DNA of 34,249 nucleotides from Minisyncoccota bacterium (GCA_937958705.1 CALGNJ010000038.1:1-34249), one strand, 5' to 3'. Counted from the stretch's first letter, positions 1 to 10,739 are shown. Notes: generated by a model from the sequence alone, not told the origin. A program made the numbers and translations.

Positions 1-875
1 GTTCTCTTGAAATTTCTAAAACACATATTCGAAATCATGTTCTTCCGCGTGTGTTCTCTCTTTTTTATAAACAAGAAAAAGACACCGCTCTTTCATACAA
101 AGAGGTTCGAACTGTTATTGATGCGCTAATCGACAAAGAAGCAATTGTTAAAGAAGTGTTTAACGGATACGCTCGAGGCATCAACAGCCCCCTACCTCCT
201 ACTTCTCGGTATACGTCACAGTACGAACCTGACACCACAGCAAAAGAAGATAGACTAGAATCTGCTCGTGCATTACTCAACAAAAATTCATGGAAATTTG
301 ATACAGAAAAAAACCTTTGGACCAAAAAAATCAACAACAAAGACGTGGACTTAGCGTTTACATTACACGCACCAAATTCAGATGATCTCATACTAACTGC
401 AAATAGAATTAGGAACGACCTAGCTGAACTAGAGATCCCAGTTACTGTTCTCTACCAGGACATTGAGTCTCTGACCCAAGACGTAATCAGACCTCGAGAG
501 TATGAAATGTTGCTCTTTGGGTACGTAACAGATATCCCAGCTGATCTTCACCCCTTCTGGCATTCCTCAGGAAGAATTGATCCTGGATTAAATATCGCTG
601 AGTATGTTAATATAACGAGTGATAAAGAGCTCGAAACTATTAGGACAGAAACAGATGAAGAAAAACTATCTTCTTCATACACAAAACTACAAGAAGAAAT
701 ACGTACTGACGTACCTGCAACGTTTCTGTTTAGTCCAGAGTTTATCTATCTTCAAAGAGAACATATCAGACAAGATGCTTCATCTGGATCACTAGCATTT
801 CCTCATGATAGATTTCGGAATGCTGAAAGTTGGTACATAAAGACAGAAGAGATACTTCCGCTCTTTCTAAAGTAA
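1..875 (+). CDS. ABC transporter peptide substrate-binding protein (OppA/DppA family 5), 5'-truncated by the window edge
   Basis: The frame is open from position 3 to TAA at 873-875. It has family-5 SBP C-terminal motifs (VRTVIDALIDKEAIV, WHSS..DPGLNIAEY, DVPATFLFSP). Confidence 0.8.
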   Translation, partial: SLEISKTHIRNHVLPRVFSLFYKQEKDTALSYKEVRTVIDALIDKEAIVKEVFNGYARGINSPLPPTSRYTSQYEPDTTAKEDRLESARALLNKNSWKFDTEKNLWTKKINNKDVDLAFTLHAPNSDDLILTANRIRNDLAELEIPVTVLYQDIESLTQDVIRPREYEMLLFGYVTDIPADLHPFWHSSGRIDPGLNIAEYVNITSDKELETIRTETDEEKLSSSYTKLQEEIRTDVPATFLFSPEFIYLQREHIRQDASSGSLAFPHDRFRNAESWYIKTEEILPLFLK

Positions 876-948
876 CCAAGACAGGGATTGTCCATAAATA
901 TAGTTGATGTACTGCATCACCTACAGTTTGTGAATAATTAATAAAAAT

Positions 949-2964
949 ATGAATACAAACACACAACAAAATAGTGGTCCAAGCCACCGAGTTGGGAATA
1001 AAAAAACCCGACCACACGCTCAAAGTAAGCCGCGAACAGATGCGCCAACAAGAGCACCTGCAACAACATCAAGTTCAGCTAAACCTACGCAAGGACAGAA
1101 TCGTTCCCGGCGGCCTGCACACAATGGTGCGCAAAGACCCTCTCGGCCTTCACACAACCGAGGCTCAAATGGTCCAACACGAACAAAGAAGCACTTACAC
1201 CCTGCAGCTGGAGGAAAAGTACAAAAGCGTCGTCCATTTCATGGATCAAAGAAACACGTAGATAGGCGTCCTGTTCCAAAAATCGAAGGTGAAACAGTAC
1301 GTGTAATTCCACTTGGAGGAGTTGAAGAAGTTGGACTAAACATGTGTGCTGTTGAGTACAAAGAAAACATCTGGGTATTTGATGCTGGGTTTCAATTTGT
1401 CTCAGAAGCAGAGATGCCGGGAGTCGACTACACACTTCCAAACATTACCTACCTTGAGCAAAATAAACACAAAATCAAAGGACTTATTATTACCCATGGT
1501 CACTTAGACCATATTGGAGGTATTCCATTCCTGATCGCTCGTCTTGGTAATCCAACTATATACACAAGAAATCTAACTGCAATCATGATCAAAAAGCGAA
1601 TGCATGAGTTCCCTAACGTACCAACTCTTGATTTCCACGTAGTTGAACCAAATGACACCATGATGATTGGTGACCTTGAGTTCTATTTTTTTGCTGTGAC
1701 TCACTCTATTCCAGACTGTATCGCTACTTCAATCAGAACACCTCACGGAAATATTGTTATTACCGGAGATATCAAGCTTGAGCACAAAGACGGTATTCCT
1801 GTACCGGGTGAAGTTGAACATTGGGCGCAAGTAACCAAAGAAGATAACATCATGCTTCTTTCAGATTCAACCAACTGTGAAAACCCAGGATGGTCAATTC
1901 CAGAACCACGAATTCATGACAATGTGGATGAAATCATTAGAAACGCACAAGGTCGAATTATGATTGCAACATTTGCATCTCAATTTCGACGTATGATTGC
2001 GTTTATGAAATCTGCTGAGTCACAAGGTAAAAAAATTATCCTTGAAGGACGATCAATTAAAACTAACTTGGAAATTGCTAAGCTGGCAGGTAAATATACT
2101 CCAGCCGACGGAGTAATTATCCAAGCAGCAGATATCGATAAGTACCCAAGTGACAAGATCCTTATTCTTTGTACTGGAGGACAAGGAGAGCAATTTGCTG
2201 CCCTACCTCGAATGGCTCGTGGAGATCACAAGTACGTTAAGTTAAATAACCGAGATACAGTAATTCTTTCATCATCAGTAATCCCAGGTAATGAAATCTC
2301 TGTTCGTAACCTTATGGACTTACTACACCGAAATAATGTACGTCTTATTTCATACAAGACATCTGACGTTCACTCAACTGGACACGGAAACCAAGAGGAG
2401 CTTAAGTGGATTATTAATACGGTGCACCCAACGTACATGGTTCCAGCATACGGATATCACTCTATGCTTAAAATCCACAAGCGTCTTGCTATCGAAACAG
2501 GAATGGATGACGAACACGTAATTGTTCCTGATAATGGATCAGTAATCGAAATCAAAGGAAAAGACGACGTTACAGTACTACCCATGAAAGCACCGTCTGC
2601 ACCAATCATGGTTGATGGGTTTTCTATCTCAGACATGCAACACACAGTGATTGCTGACAGGCAGCTTCTATCTTCAGACGGAATATTTGTAACTGTTGTT
2701 TCAATTAACGTAGCGAAGAAGCAAATGCAGAAATCTCCAGATATTATTTCTCGAGGGTTTGTGTACCTACGTGAATCACAAGATCTTCTATCTCAGGCGC
2801 GAGGAATTATTAAACGAGTTACAGAAGAGCAAATCCGTAACTCTGACGGAAATCGAATTGATGTTGAGACTTTGAAGAAGCAAATTCATAAACACCTGGA
2901 ACGATTCTTGCTTAGAAAGACCAATAAGCAACCCATCATCATCCCCGTAATTTTAGTGGTGTAG
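949..2964 (+). CDS. rnj: Ribonuclease J with a long basic N-terminal extension
   Basis: Motifs IPLGGVEEVGLNM, THGHLDHIGG, HSIPD, DSTN, HSTGH and PDIISRGFVY identify the beta-CASP metallo-beta-lactamase RNase J. Confidence 0.95.
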   Translation: MNTNTQQNSGPSHRVGNKKTRPHAQSKPRTDAPTRAPATTSSSAKPTQGQNRSRRPAHNGAQRPSRPSHNRGSNGPTRTKKHLHPAAGGKVQKRRPFHGSKKHVDRRPVPKIEGETVRVIPLGGVEEVGLNMCAVEYKENIWVFDAGFQFVSEAEMPGVDYTLPNITYLEQNKHKIKGLIITHGHLDHIGGIPFLIARLGNPTIYTRNLTAIMIKKRMHEFPNVPTLDFHVVEPNDTMMIGDLEFYFFAVTHSIPDCIATSIRTPHGNIVITGDIKLEHKDGIPVPGEVEHWAQVTKEDNIMLLSDSTNCENPGWSIPEPRIHDNVDEIIRNAQGRIMIATFASQFRRMIAFMKSAESQGKKIILEGRSIKTNLEIAKLAGKYTPADGVIIQAADIDKYPSDKILILCTGGQGEQFAALPRMARGDHKYVKLNNRDTVILSSSVIPGNEISVRNLMDLLHRNNVRLISYKTSDVHSTGHGNQEELKWIINTVHPTYMVPAYGYHSMLKIHKRLAIETGMDDEHVIVPDNGSVIEIKGKDDVTVLPMKAPSAPIMVDGFSISDMQHTVIADRQLLSSDGIFVTVVSINVAKKQMQKSPDIISRGFVYLRESQDLLSQARGIIKRVTEEQIRNSDGNRIDVETLKKQIHKHLERFLLRKTNKQPIIIPVILVV

Positions 2965-2972
2965 GCAGCTTC

Positions 2973-3079
2973 CAAAATAGGCGTATTACATCGTCAGGTA
3001 AGTAAAATATTTTCTCAATGTATAAGACATACATCTCTCAAATATTTGACTTCCCTTCCTTGTACTACATCCTATTTTG
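2973..3079. repeat. ~107 bp imperfect palindrome (REP/MITE-like)
   Basis: caaaatagg (2973-2981) pairs with cctattttg (3071-3079). Inner arms are aaatattt/aaatattt, with an apical atgtat..atacat hairpin. Confidence 0.55.
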
Positions 3080-3112
3080 AAACCTTAGGTTTTGTAGTGA
3101 CTTACTGAAGGA

Positions 3113-3148
3113 TAGAAAAAGAGTGATGTGTACGCATCACTCTTTCTA
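3113..3148. terminator. Bidirectional intrinsic terminator downstream of rnj
   Basis: Stem aagagtgatg/catcactctt with A-rich and T-rich flanks. Confidence 0.65.
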
Positions 3149-3251
3149 CATTATTAAGCAAGAATAATCTACACGTTAGTGCATATTAAATTAAAGAGTT
3201 ATTCTTAACATATCAGCTTTTTTTGGGTTTAAAGTCGCCTTTCAATAACGC

Positions 3252-3499
3252 TTAGTGAAAATCTTGATCAACGATGATATGACCGTTGTCAAAACAGCCA
3301 TACTCCATAGTTGAATTTGTTGCATCAAAGTTTAGATAAGTTATACAAAATCTATCTGCATAGCCAACAGCTGCTTGTATCTCGTCTCCTTTAGACAAGC
3401 CTAGTGTTGGACAATCCTCATATATTTTTGCATAACAGCTGCCTGCATCTTGTAACTCAGTGTTGAAACCCCAAAATCTATTTCAATTGTAACTCTCAT
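3252..3499 (-). pseudogene. Small (~82 aa) hypothetical gene interrupted by a frameshift
   Basis: GGAGAAAATT-ATG at 3499 gives MRVTIEIDFG. A 72-codon open stretch in the -1 frame (GFNTELQDAGSCYAKIY...VDQDFH*) begins at the TTTTGGGG run. A TTGACT-N16-TATAGT promoter lies upstream. Confidence 0.45.
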
Positions 3500-3705
3500 A
3501 ATTTTCTCCATAAATGAACCAGAAACACTATACTAATTATTACATACTAGTCAATTAATCAAACCTGTTTTACGTAGATACAGAAAGCCGGTTTGGTTAA
3601 TACATCTAGATACCTCTATGATTTTCTGATCATTGAATAAAATAGTAGACCGTCGGACAGTCAACTGCTTTTGAAATAATTCAGTATTTTACACCCCCAT
3701 CTCTA

Positions 3706-3739
3706 AATTTGAGTTCCAATCCAGATTGGAACTCAAATT
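3706..3739. terminator. Perfect 16 bp inverted repeat downstream of dus (terminator or operator)
   Basis: aatttgagttccaatc-ca-gattggaactcaaatt. Confidence 0.5.
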
Positions 3740-3780
3740 GTTCATTGTTTTATTTTTGGATAAAAAATTTGGGATAATTT

Positions 3781-4815
3781 TTATATGTCTTTAAGTGTAG
3801 CAGTGATGTTGTCTAACAACTCCTTAGGTTCATGTATTTGCATAAGCTCGTTCCGAACCTCCTTTGCGCCCGGGAACCCATTAACATACACCTTTAAAAA
3901 CTTCTTCATTAAGTAAAACGACTTAATTCGCTTTCCAAACTCTTTCATATTACGCTTTGTTGGTCCAAAATTAGCCTCAAATAGGGTAATATGCTCTTTG
4001 AGCAACATGTATCGCTCTTTGACACTTGGTACCCTGTCAGCGTCAAATAACAGAGGATTCTTAAATATTCCTCGTCCAATCATCACTCCATCTATTCCAT
4101 ACTTGCTAATTTTTGCGTACGCTTCTTCTTTAGTATTTATGTCTCCATTCCCGAGCAATAGAGTATGTGGTGATATCCTGTCTCTCATCTCTCTAATCTC
4201 CGTCATGAGCTCCCAGTGAGCAGGAACTTTGGACATCTCTTTTCTAGTGCGTAGATGAATAGTCAGCATGTCTACATCTTGCTCCAAAAGAAACTGTATC
4301 CAGGAAATATCAATCTCATTCCATCCAAGTCTAGTTTTTACCGCCACATCAAGTTTAGGAGCTCCTTCTTTAACAGCCTGTATTAATTTTCGTGCCAGTT
4401 CTCTGTTTTCTTTCTTTATTAGCTCTGCACCACAAACCTGCTTATTAATGGTTCTTGAAGGACATCCTGTATTAATATCCACACCATCGAAACCCAGTCT
4501 CTGAACTAGAGCCGCACCTTGTCTAATATTGTCTGGTTTACCTGAAAATATTTGTGCTATTACCGGAGACGTGCTCCTTTGTTTCTTGGTATATTCCAAA
4601 TCTCTAAGCAGACGTTTCCTCCCTGTTGGATGAGCAAGACCATCTGCCGAGACAAACTCTGTATATAAAAGATCTGGCGTAGAATACTTAGCTAGTATTT
4701 CTCTAAATGCATTATCTGTGACATCTGCCATGGGTGCAATAACACAAAGCCCCTTCCCTTGTGTTTTCCCGAGAGCTTTTTTCCATATTCCTTTTTTATT
4801 CTTTTTTAAAAACAT
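3781..4815 (-). CDS. dus: tRNA-dihydrouridine synthase
   Basis: Motifs APMADVTD, TEFVSADGL, DINTGCP, KTRLG, TIHLRT, GNGDI and DGVMIGRG. ATG at 4815 is preferred over the TTG at 4875. Confidence 0.92.
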   Translation of the reverse strand: MFLKKNKKGIWKKALGKTQGKGLCVIAPMADVTDNAFREILAKYSTPDLLYTEFVSADGLAHPTGRKRLLRDLEYTKKQRSTSPVIAQIFSGKPDNIRQGAALVQRLGFDGVDINTGCPSRTINKQVCGAELIKKENRELARKLIQAVKEGAPKLDVAVKTRLGWNEIDISWIQFLLEQDVDMLTIHLRTRKEMSKVPAHWELMTEIREMRDRISPHTLLLGNGDINTKEEAYAKISKYGIDGVMIGRGIFKNPLLFDADRVPSVKERYMLLKEHITLFEANFGPTKRNMKEFGKRIKSFYLMKKFLKVYVNGFPGAKEVRNELMQIHEPKELLDNITATLKDI

Positions 4816-4880
4816 ATTTTTTATTTTTATCCTCTTGTACGTAAAGTCCAACTGCGCGGATAAGGAGGTGTTCAAGATAA

Positions 4881-5708
4881 TTATCTATAATTAACTGCAC
4901 ATACCTCACCTGAGACGCAGGAGAAAATTTTCTTACCGAACTGTAAGTTTATGTATGCATAATCTACTTTAAAATCTTTTGTATCTTTTGAGACCTTAAA
5001 TGATTCTGTATTTAAAAGTTTCACAAGCAATGAATACAACTCATCGTATGATGTGGTTTTAGGTAACAGTAGTCTTGTCCCTTGCCGGGTGATCAGAGCC
5101 ATAGTAAATTCAGAGTACTCTTCGATAGTCACAATTTCTAATCCTTTACCAGAAATAGAGTCAACCAAGATACCAAGCTCAGAAATTATCTGTTCATTCA
5201 GATATATTTCACCTATACTGTACGTCTTATTACTTGTAAATATTGGAGCCCCTTCTTGTGCCTTCCCTTCAATTATCTTAAATACGACTCCAGTTCTATC
5301 AAGATAGTAACAATTCTCTGTTTGACATAATGTATACGAAGCGTCCCTCTCTTTCACATCTATCTCCAGTCCAGTAAGACCATTTCGTGTTATCTTCAGA
5401 GACTCAATTTCTGTAAATCTTTTAGTTAGTTCCCGTGCAATATCTTTTTTTGACAAAAATATAGTATTAGATTTTGGTATAACAAACACACGATTACCCA
5501 ATAGACTCGTTTGAGCCTCAGCAACGATAGTCTCTGTCTGTACAAACTGATTTTTAACCACAGAAATAGTCTGTATCTGAAGTGCCTCAATACGCATTAC
5601 ATACACAAAGACAGCGAGCACTACTAGACACAACACTAAAAAAGAAATAAAGAGTCTCTTTCTTTGCTTGTTTCTTTTTACTGCGCGCTTGTTATTTTTA
5701 TATACCAT
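4881..5708 (-). CDS. FtsQ/DivIB-like POTRA-domain cell division protein
   Basis: Basic N-tail, one TM helix, a POTRA-like region ending LEIDVKER, CYYLDRTGVVF, and a C-terminal YINLQFGKKIF. Confidence 0.7.
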   Translation of the reverse strand: MVYKNNKRAVKRNKQRKRLFISFLVLCLVVLAVFVYVMRIEALQIQTISVVKNQFVQTETIVAEAQTSLLGNRVFVIPKSNTIFLSKKDIARELTKRFTEIESLKITRNGLTGLEIDVKERDASYTLCQTENCYYLDRTGVVFKIIEGKAQEGAPIFTSNKTYSIGEIYLNEQIISELGILVDSISGKGLEIVTIEEYSEFTMALITRQGTRLLLPKTTSYDELYSLLVKLLNTESFKVSKDTKDFKVDYAYINLQFGKKIFSCVSGEVCAVNYR

Positions 5709-6970
5709 TATCCAATATATTCTTGCCCTCCCATGAACGGCCTGAGCACAGCTGGAATCTCAATTGTTCCATCTACTCGTTGAAAATTCTCTATTAGTGA
5801 CACCAAAATCCGTGGAGTAGGAATGGCTGTACAATTTAGTGAGTGCGCGTATGCAAGTTTCCCTTGCTCATCTTTATATCTGATATTAAACCGCCTTGTT
5901 TGAAAATCATGAAAATACGAAGCGGATGATATTTCTCGATATTTTTTTTCTCCGGGCACCCATAGTTCAATATCATATTTTTTAACCTGCCCCTGTCCAA
6001 GATCCCCTCCACAGTTTAAAACTGTTTGATATGGAATACCGAGTGATTCAATAAACTCTTCTGTATTTCGATTAATCCACTCATGCCATTTTACAGACTC
6101 AGTATGTGAAGCTTCACACAGCATTACCTGTTCAAGCTTGTAAAACTCATGCACACGAACCAAACCTTTGGTATCTTTACCGTATGAACCGGCCTCACGT
6201 CTATAACATGGAGAGAATCCTAGATATTTGAGCGGTAGCTCTTCTTTATTTACTACTTCATCCCGGTGGTATCCCATCATAGGAACCTCAGCTGTTCCGG
6301 CAAGATAATCCTCATCTTGTGTTTGATATACGTCCTCAGCCTCATTAGGTAAATGACCTGTTCCATATAAATTTTCTTTTCTCACTATGGCTGGGGGGAT
6401 CACTGGAATAAATCCCTTCTCTTGGAAAAATTGATTTGCATAGTTCCAGATAGCCCAAGATAGACGCGCTCCGTCACCAAGTAAGTAATACCCTCTAAAC
6501 CCATGTACTTTTGAACCTCGTTCAAAATCAACCATTCTATGTTTACTCATCAAGTCAACATGAGACTGTGTATCAAAATCAAATACTGTTTGTTCGCCCC
6601 ATGTTTTAATTTGCAGGTTATCAGCATCGTCTTTTCCATCAGGAACTGACATGTCAGGCACGTTGGGTACTTGAAGCATCAGCGCTTTCCACTCAACCAT
6701 AATAGGCTTGAGTGTTTCTTCTAGACCCTGAATCTCTGCTTTGACTACAGAAACGCTTTCGATCAGTCTCGTTCTTGTCTCCTCTGTTGCCTGAGCTATT
6801 TGCTTAGATGCCTCGTTCTGAACAGACCTCTTTTCGTCAATTGCCTGTTGAATATTTTTTCGCTCATCATCAAGAGCAACTAGTCTGTCTAGGTCAATAT
6901 CTGTATGTTTCTTTATTGCACCCGCCTTAACTACATCAAGGTTCTCTCTTATAAATTTTATATCTAACAT
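5708..6970 (-). CDS. serS: Serine--tRNA ligase
   Basis: MLDIKFIREN start, GTAEVP, YRREAGSYGKDTKGLVRVHEFYKLE, YREISSAS. Confidence 0.97.
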   Translation of the reverse strand: MLDIKFIRENLDVVKAGAIKKHTDIDLDRLVALDDERKNIQQAIDEKRSVQNEASKQIAQATEETRTRLIESVSVVKAEIQGLEETLKPIMVEWKALMLQVPNVPDMSVPDGKDDADNLQIKTWGEQTVFDFDTQSHVDLMSKHRMVDFERGSKVHGFRGYYLLGDGARLSWAIWNYANQFFQEKGFIPVIPPAIVRKENLYGTGHLPNEAEDVYQTQDEDYLAGTAEVPMMGYHRDEVVNKEELPLKYLGFSPCYRREAGSYGKDTKGLVRVHEFYKLEQVMLCEASHTESVKWHEWINRNTEEFIESLGIPYQTVLNCGGDLGQGQVKKYDIELWVPGEKKYREISSASYFHDFQTRRFNIRYKDEQGKLAYAHSLNCTAIPTPRILVSLIENFQRVDGTIEIPAVLRPFMGGQEYIG

Positions 6971-6978
6971 GTTTTCTT

Positions 6979-7818
6979 TTAATTATGGTTATACATATGA
7001 ACGTCTCTCTGCGGGAACGGAATCGATATTCCTGATATATCAAATTCTTTTTTTATCTGCTCAATGAGGTCAAATCTTACTGCCCAGTATTGTTCTGAGT
7101 CAGAAACAAAGGATCTGGTCAGAATATTGACTGAACTATCTGCTAATTCAGAAACAGCAATGACTGGTTCTGGATCTTGTAACACATGTGTGTTGTTAGA
7201 GATTACTTTTTTGATTATATTTTTTGCTTTATCTATGTCGTCTGAATAACTTATTCCAAATATAATTTCTATTCCAAAGTGACTATTACCAAAATAACTT
7301 ATAATTGAATTATTAGATAACTCACCATTTGGAATAACTATTCTTCGATTATTTCTGTCACGCAGCACGGTATAAAGGATTTGTATTTTTTCAACAACTC
7401 CTGTGTGCGCCGATGTCTCTATCCTATCTCCAACCGTAAATGGTTTAAAAAATAGTATAAGTGCACCACCTGCAAAGTTTGCAAGAGAACCCTGCAAAGC
7501 AAGTCCAACAGCTAATCCTGCTGCACCAAGCAGTGCAACAAATGAGCTTGTTTGAACACCTAGGATTGAAACTGTCACAATCAGTAAAATTACTTTGAGA
7601 GCAACACTAATAAAGCTCTGTAGAAAAGACTCTAGTGCTGGATCTATCTCAACTCTTTGAAACGAAAACCCAATAACTTTAGCAATTTTTTTTATAATAA
7701 AAAGCCCAATAAACCACGCCGCTACCGCAGCAACAATCTTAAATCCATATGTGGTAAGTGACTCGACAATCAATGTCTGTAATTCAACAATAGTCTCCTT
7801 GGTCAAAAAGTTATCCAT
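6979..7818 (-). CDS. mscS: Small-conductance mechanosensitive channel
   Basis: LGAAGLAVGLALQGSLANFAGG, KPFTVGD, IPFPQRDVH. Confidence 0.95.
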   Translation of the reverse strand: MDNFLTKETIVELQTLIVESLTTYGFKIVAAVAAWFIGLFIIKKIAKVIGFSFQRVEIDPALESFLQSFISVALKVILLIVTVSILGVQTSSFVALLGAAGLAVGLALQGSLANFAGGALILFFKPFTVGDRIETSAHTGVVEKIQILYTVLRDRNNRRIVIPNGELSNNSIISYFGNSHFGIEIIFGISYSDDIDKAKNIIKKVISNNTHVLQDPEPVIAVSELADSSVNILTRSFVSDSEQYWAVRFDLIEQIKKEFDISGISIPFPQRDVHMYNHN

Positions 7819-7885
7819 GATTAGGTTATTGTAACAAATATCACATTAATATATTCAACCGATTAATTCACAGACATGATAATAC

Positions 7886-8758
7886 GTGTATGCTTACAAC
7901 ATGAACTATTTTGATATAACAGAGATTGCAGACACACCTTTAGAAAAAATTATACATATACCCGATAAGCCAACAGGTATGTATATTCAAGGAAACCCAT
8001 ATGTGCTGAGTAATAAAAAATTAATCACCGTTGTTGGCTCAAGAGTATGCAGTAGCTATGCAAAAGAAGTAGTGCTCAAACTAGTACGTGACTTGGCACC
8101 CTTCCCTGTGTGTATTATTTCAGGACTTGCACTTGGAATAGATAGAATTGCCCATACAGCAGCACTAGAGAATAATGTACCAACAATTGCATTTCCCGGA
8201 TCGGGACTTAATCCTGATGTTATATATCCCGCTTCTCACCAAAGATTAGCACAAGAAATCTTAGAATCTGATGGATTATTAATTTCTGAGTATCCTCCTC
8301 ACACTAAAGCAGCTCGCTGGACTTTTCCAAAACGAAACAGACTTATGGCAGGTGTTGCCGACTTGGTTATAATTATCGAAGCAAAGGAAAAATCAGGAAC
8401 ACTCATCACCGCTAGGCTTGCTATGGAGTATGGAACAACAGTTGCTGTAATACCACAAAACATAACCGCATCTCATGCATACGGATCAAACAGGTTGATG
8501 CAAGATGGAGCCTACCCAATATTGTCTTATAAAGATATTCTTTCTTTACTCAGCATACAAGAAGAAGTAGCTGAACCTGCTCCAAAAATATATACCCCTC
8601 TTGAAGAAAAAATCCTTTCCCATCTATCTGAGCCAACCCCCAAAGACGAGCTTTGTCTACTCTCTGGTCTCAGTTATCAAGAATTTATTACAACACTCAG
8701 TTGTCTCGAACTGTCAGGTAGCATATATGAGAAATACGGAAAAGTGCACAAGGCGTAA
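7886..8758 (+). CDS. dprA: DNA-processing protein DprA
   Basis: VVGSR, ISGLALGID, FPKRNRLMAG, EAKEKSGTLITA and a C-terminal winged helix. The true start may be the ATG at 7901. Confidence 0.93.
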   Translation: MYAYNMNYFDITEIADTPLEKIIHIPDKPTGMYIQGNPYVLSNKKLITVVGSRVCSSYAKEVVLKLVRDLAPFPVCIISGLALGIDRIAHTAALENNVPTIAFPGSGLNPDVIYPASHQRLAQEILESDGLLISEYPPHTKAARWTFPKRNRLMAGVADLVIIIEAKEKSGTLITARLAMEYGTTVAVIPQNITASHAYGSNRLMQDGAYPILSYKDILSLLSIQEEVAEPAPKIYTPLEEKILSHLSEPTPKDELCLLSGLSYQEFITTLSCLELSGSIYEKYGKVHKA

Positions 8759-10453
8759 CTACTCGAAATACTTGGTTATACCATCAGTGAATAATCCCTC
8801 AAACATACGTGTCATTGTTCGAGATATTCCCAGCCTATTACCTGCTGGTCCATTCTCTGCCATTACTACAAATGCATACTTAGGATCTTCATACGGCCAA
8901 TATCCTATAGTCCATGAATTCCACCTAGATCTATTGACCCCTCTCTCTGCCGTACCTGTCTTGGCAGCTACTTGCACATACGGGAGATTTAATGAACGTG
9001 CAGTACCCTTGGGGTGAGTAACTACCATTCTCATTCCTTCTTGAACAACCTGGAAGTCTTCTTGAGATATATCTATTTCTCTTCGTATTTCTGGCATTAT
9101 TGTATTTTCACCTTGAGTAACTAATTGAGGGGTAAGCAACTTTCCATCAGTCGCAATCGAACCAACCGCAGTGACCAACTGCAAAGGTGTTGCTAAAAAA
9201 CTATACTGCCCAATTGCCGTAAAGTAGGTATCTCCAAGCAGCCACCCCTCTCCGAAAGTATTTCTTTTCCATTCTGGAGTAGGAACAAACCCTGATTGTT
9301 CTCTGAACTCTTTAAGGCCTGTTTTTTCAGCAAAACCAAACACATCTAGATACTCTTTCATTCCTGCAATACCAAGACCCGTATGTTTTCCTGGTACCCC
9401 ACCACCAAAGGTAAAAAAATAGATGTTTGATGATTTAGCTAGTGCTTCACGAATATTTATTGTTCCATTATTTCGTGCATCCCTAAATATTGTAGCTGGG
9501 CCTCCAAATCTGTTTGGAATCACTAATCTCCCGTTAGTAAATAGTTTAAATGTTGGACTCACAATGTCTTTATCGAGAATTCCTGATGCAATAAAAGGCT
9601 TTATAACAGAACCTGGAGCGTAGGTACCCCCAAGAGCTCTATTTAAAAATGGTTTTTTACTGTCCGTGTTATAGGAAGCAATTAATGCTCTATCTTCTCC
9701 ATCAGCAAGTACATTTGAATCATATTCTGGCACATTAGTTAATGCTAATAATTCACCAGTTCTAACATCCATGATCACACCAGACGCACCATCAAAACCT
9801 TGCTCTTCTACGTACCGGGCTAATTCTTTGTGTAATCTAGCCTGTAGTATTGCGTCAATAGTTAGTGTGATATTAAGCCCATTGATAGGTTCTTGTATAA
9901 GTGAATCAGACCGTACAGCGCCTTTTGTGGTAACTTGTTTTTCTCTAAATCCTAACTGACCATTTAAAAGCTCATTATAAAAAAATTCTATACCTGAAAT
10001 TCCCCTATACTCAAATTGAAAGTACTTACCTTTATTATCAGCTTGAGGATATGTGACATACCCTAGAAGATGTGAGAACCCCGGTATTTGTGTGTACTTC
10101 CTTTTTGGAAAATCTAACCCCTCAACTGATTCGTTCCACACAAGTTCGGTTCCATTCCTGTCATATATAACACCCCGCTTGTTAAAAATAATATCAAGTG
10201 ACTGAGCATTGCTTGATGCGCGTGCATACAAGTCTTCACCTTGAACAACTTGTATTTGATATAAGCGGAATGAAAATAATACAACCATTAGTAAGAATAA
10301 AACAGAGATAGTAAATAATGTCCATTTATGTATAGGTTTTTCCAACACTCCTTCCATCTGTTGCCTATTCATCCCTGCGGTATTTTTTGAATCAAAAAAA
10401 ACCTGTTCAAAATCTATTTCTCCAGATCTTCGTTTCTTAAAATACCTACTCAT
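8759..10453 (-). CDS. mrdA: Class B penicillin-binding protein (PBP2/MrdA-like)
   Basis: N-terminal TM, RGVIYDRNG, SxxK (PGSVIKP), SxN (KSSNIYF) and KTGTAE. Confidence 0.85.
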   Translation of the reverse strand: MSRYFKKRRSGEIDFEQVFFDSKNTAGMNRQQMEGVLEKPIHKWTLFTISVLFLLMVVLFSFRLYQIQVVQGEDLYARASSNAQSLDIIFNKRGVIYDRNGTELVWNESVEGLDFPKRKYTQIPGFSHLLGYVTYPQADNKGKYFQFEYRGISGIEFFYNELLNGQLGFREKQVTTKGAVRSDSLIQEPINGLNITLTIDAILQARLHKELARYVEEQGFDGASGVIMDVRTGELLALTNVPEYDSNVLADGEDRALIASYNTDSKKPFLNRALGGTYAPGSVIKPFIASGILDKDIVSPTFKLFTNGRLVIPNRFGGPATIFRDARNNGTINIREALAKSSNIYFFTFGGGVPGKHTGLGIAGMKEYLDVFGFAEKTGLKEFREQSGFVPTPEWKRNTFGEGWLLGDTYFTAIGQYSFLATPLQLVTAVGSIATDGKLLTPQLVTQGENTIMPEIRREIDISQEDFQVVQEGMRMVVTHPKGTARSLNLPYVQVAAKTGTAERGVNRSRWNSWTIGYWPYEDPKYAFVVMAENGPAGNRLGISRTMTRMFEGLFTDGITKYFE

Positions 10454-10703
10454 AATATCTCATAGTTTTTTTAACAAATGCGAGTACAAACAAGACAACC
10501 AACATCATCAGTAAATAATAGTGACCAAGAAATCCAACACCTAGTGGTCCAAAAAGTATTTCCACTACAACTAACCACAAGATAGCCTCATAAAAATTTC
10601 TAAATAAAAATATACCAGCACACAATAAACCTGTATAGACAGGCCATGGAGTAATGACCAGAGAAATAAATAGTACCGTGTTGTATAGTAGTCGCCATTT
10701 CAT
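10446..10703 (-). CDS. Small multi-pass membrane protein in the MreD position, overlapping the PBP2 start
   Basis: 85 aa and almost entirely hydrophobic. It overlaps the PBP2 start by 8 nt and has a -10 box 8 nt upstream. MreD identity is a positional guess only. Confidence 0.65.
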   Translation of the reverse strand: MKWRLLYNTVLFISLVITPWPVYTGLLCAGIFLFRNFYEAILWLVVVEILFGPLGVGFLGHYYLLMMLVVLFVLAFVKKTMRYYE

Positions 10704-10739
10704 GTCCCTGCATTATAACACCAGATTCTTTCTGATACG

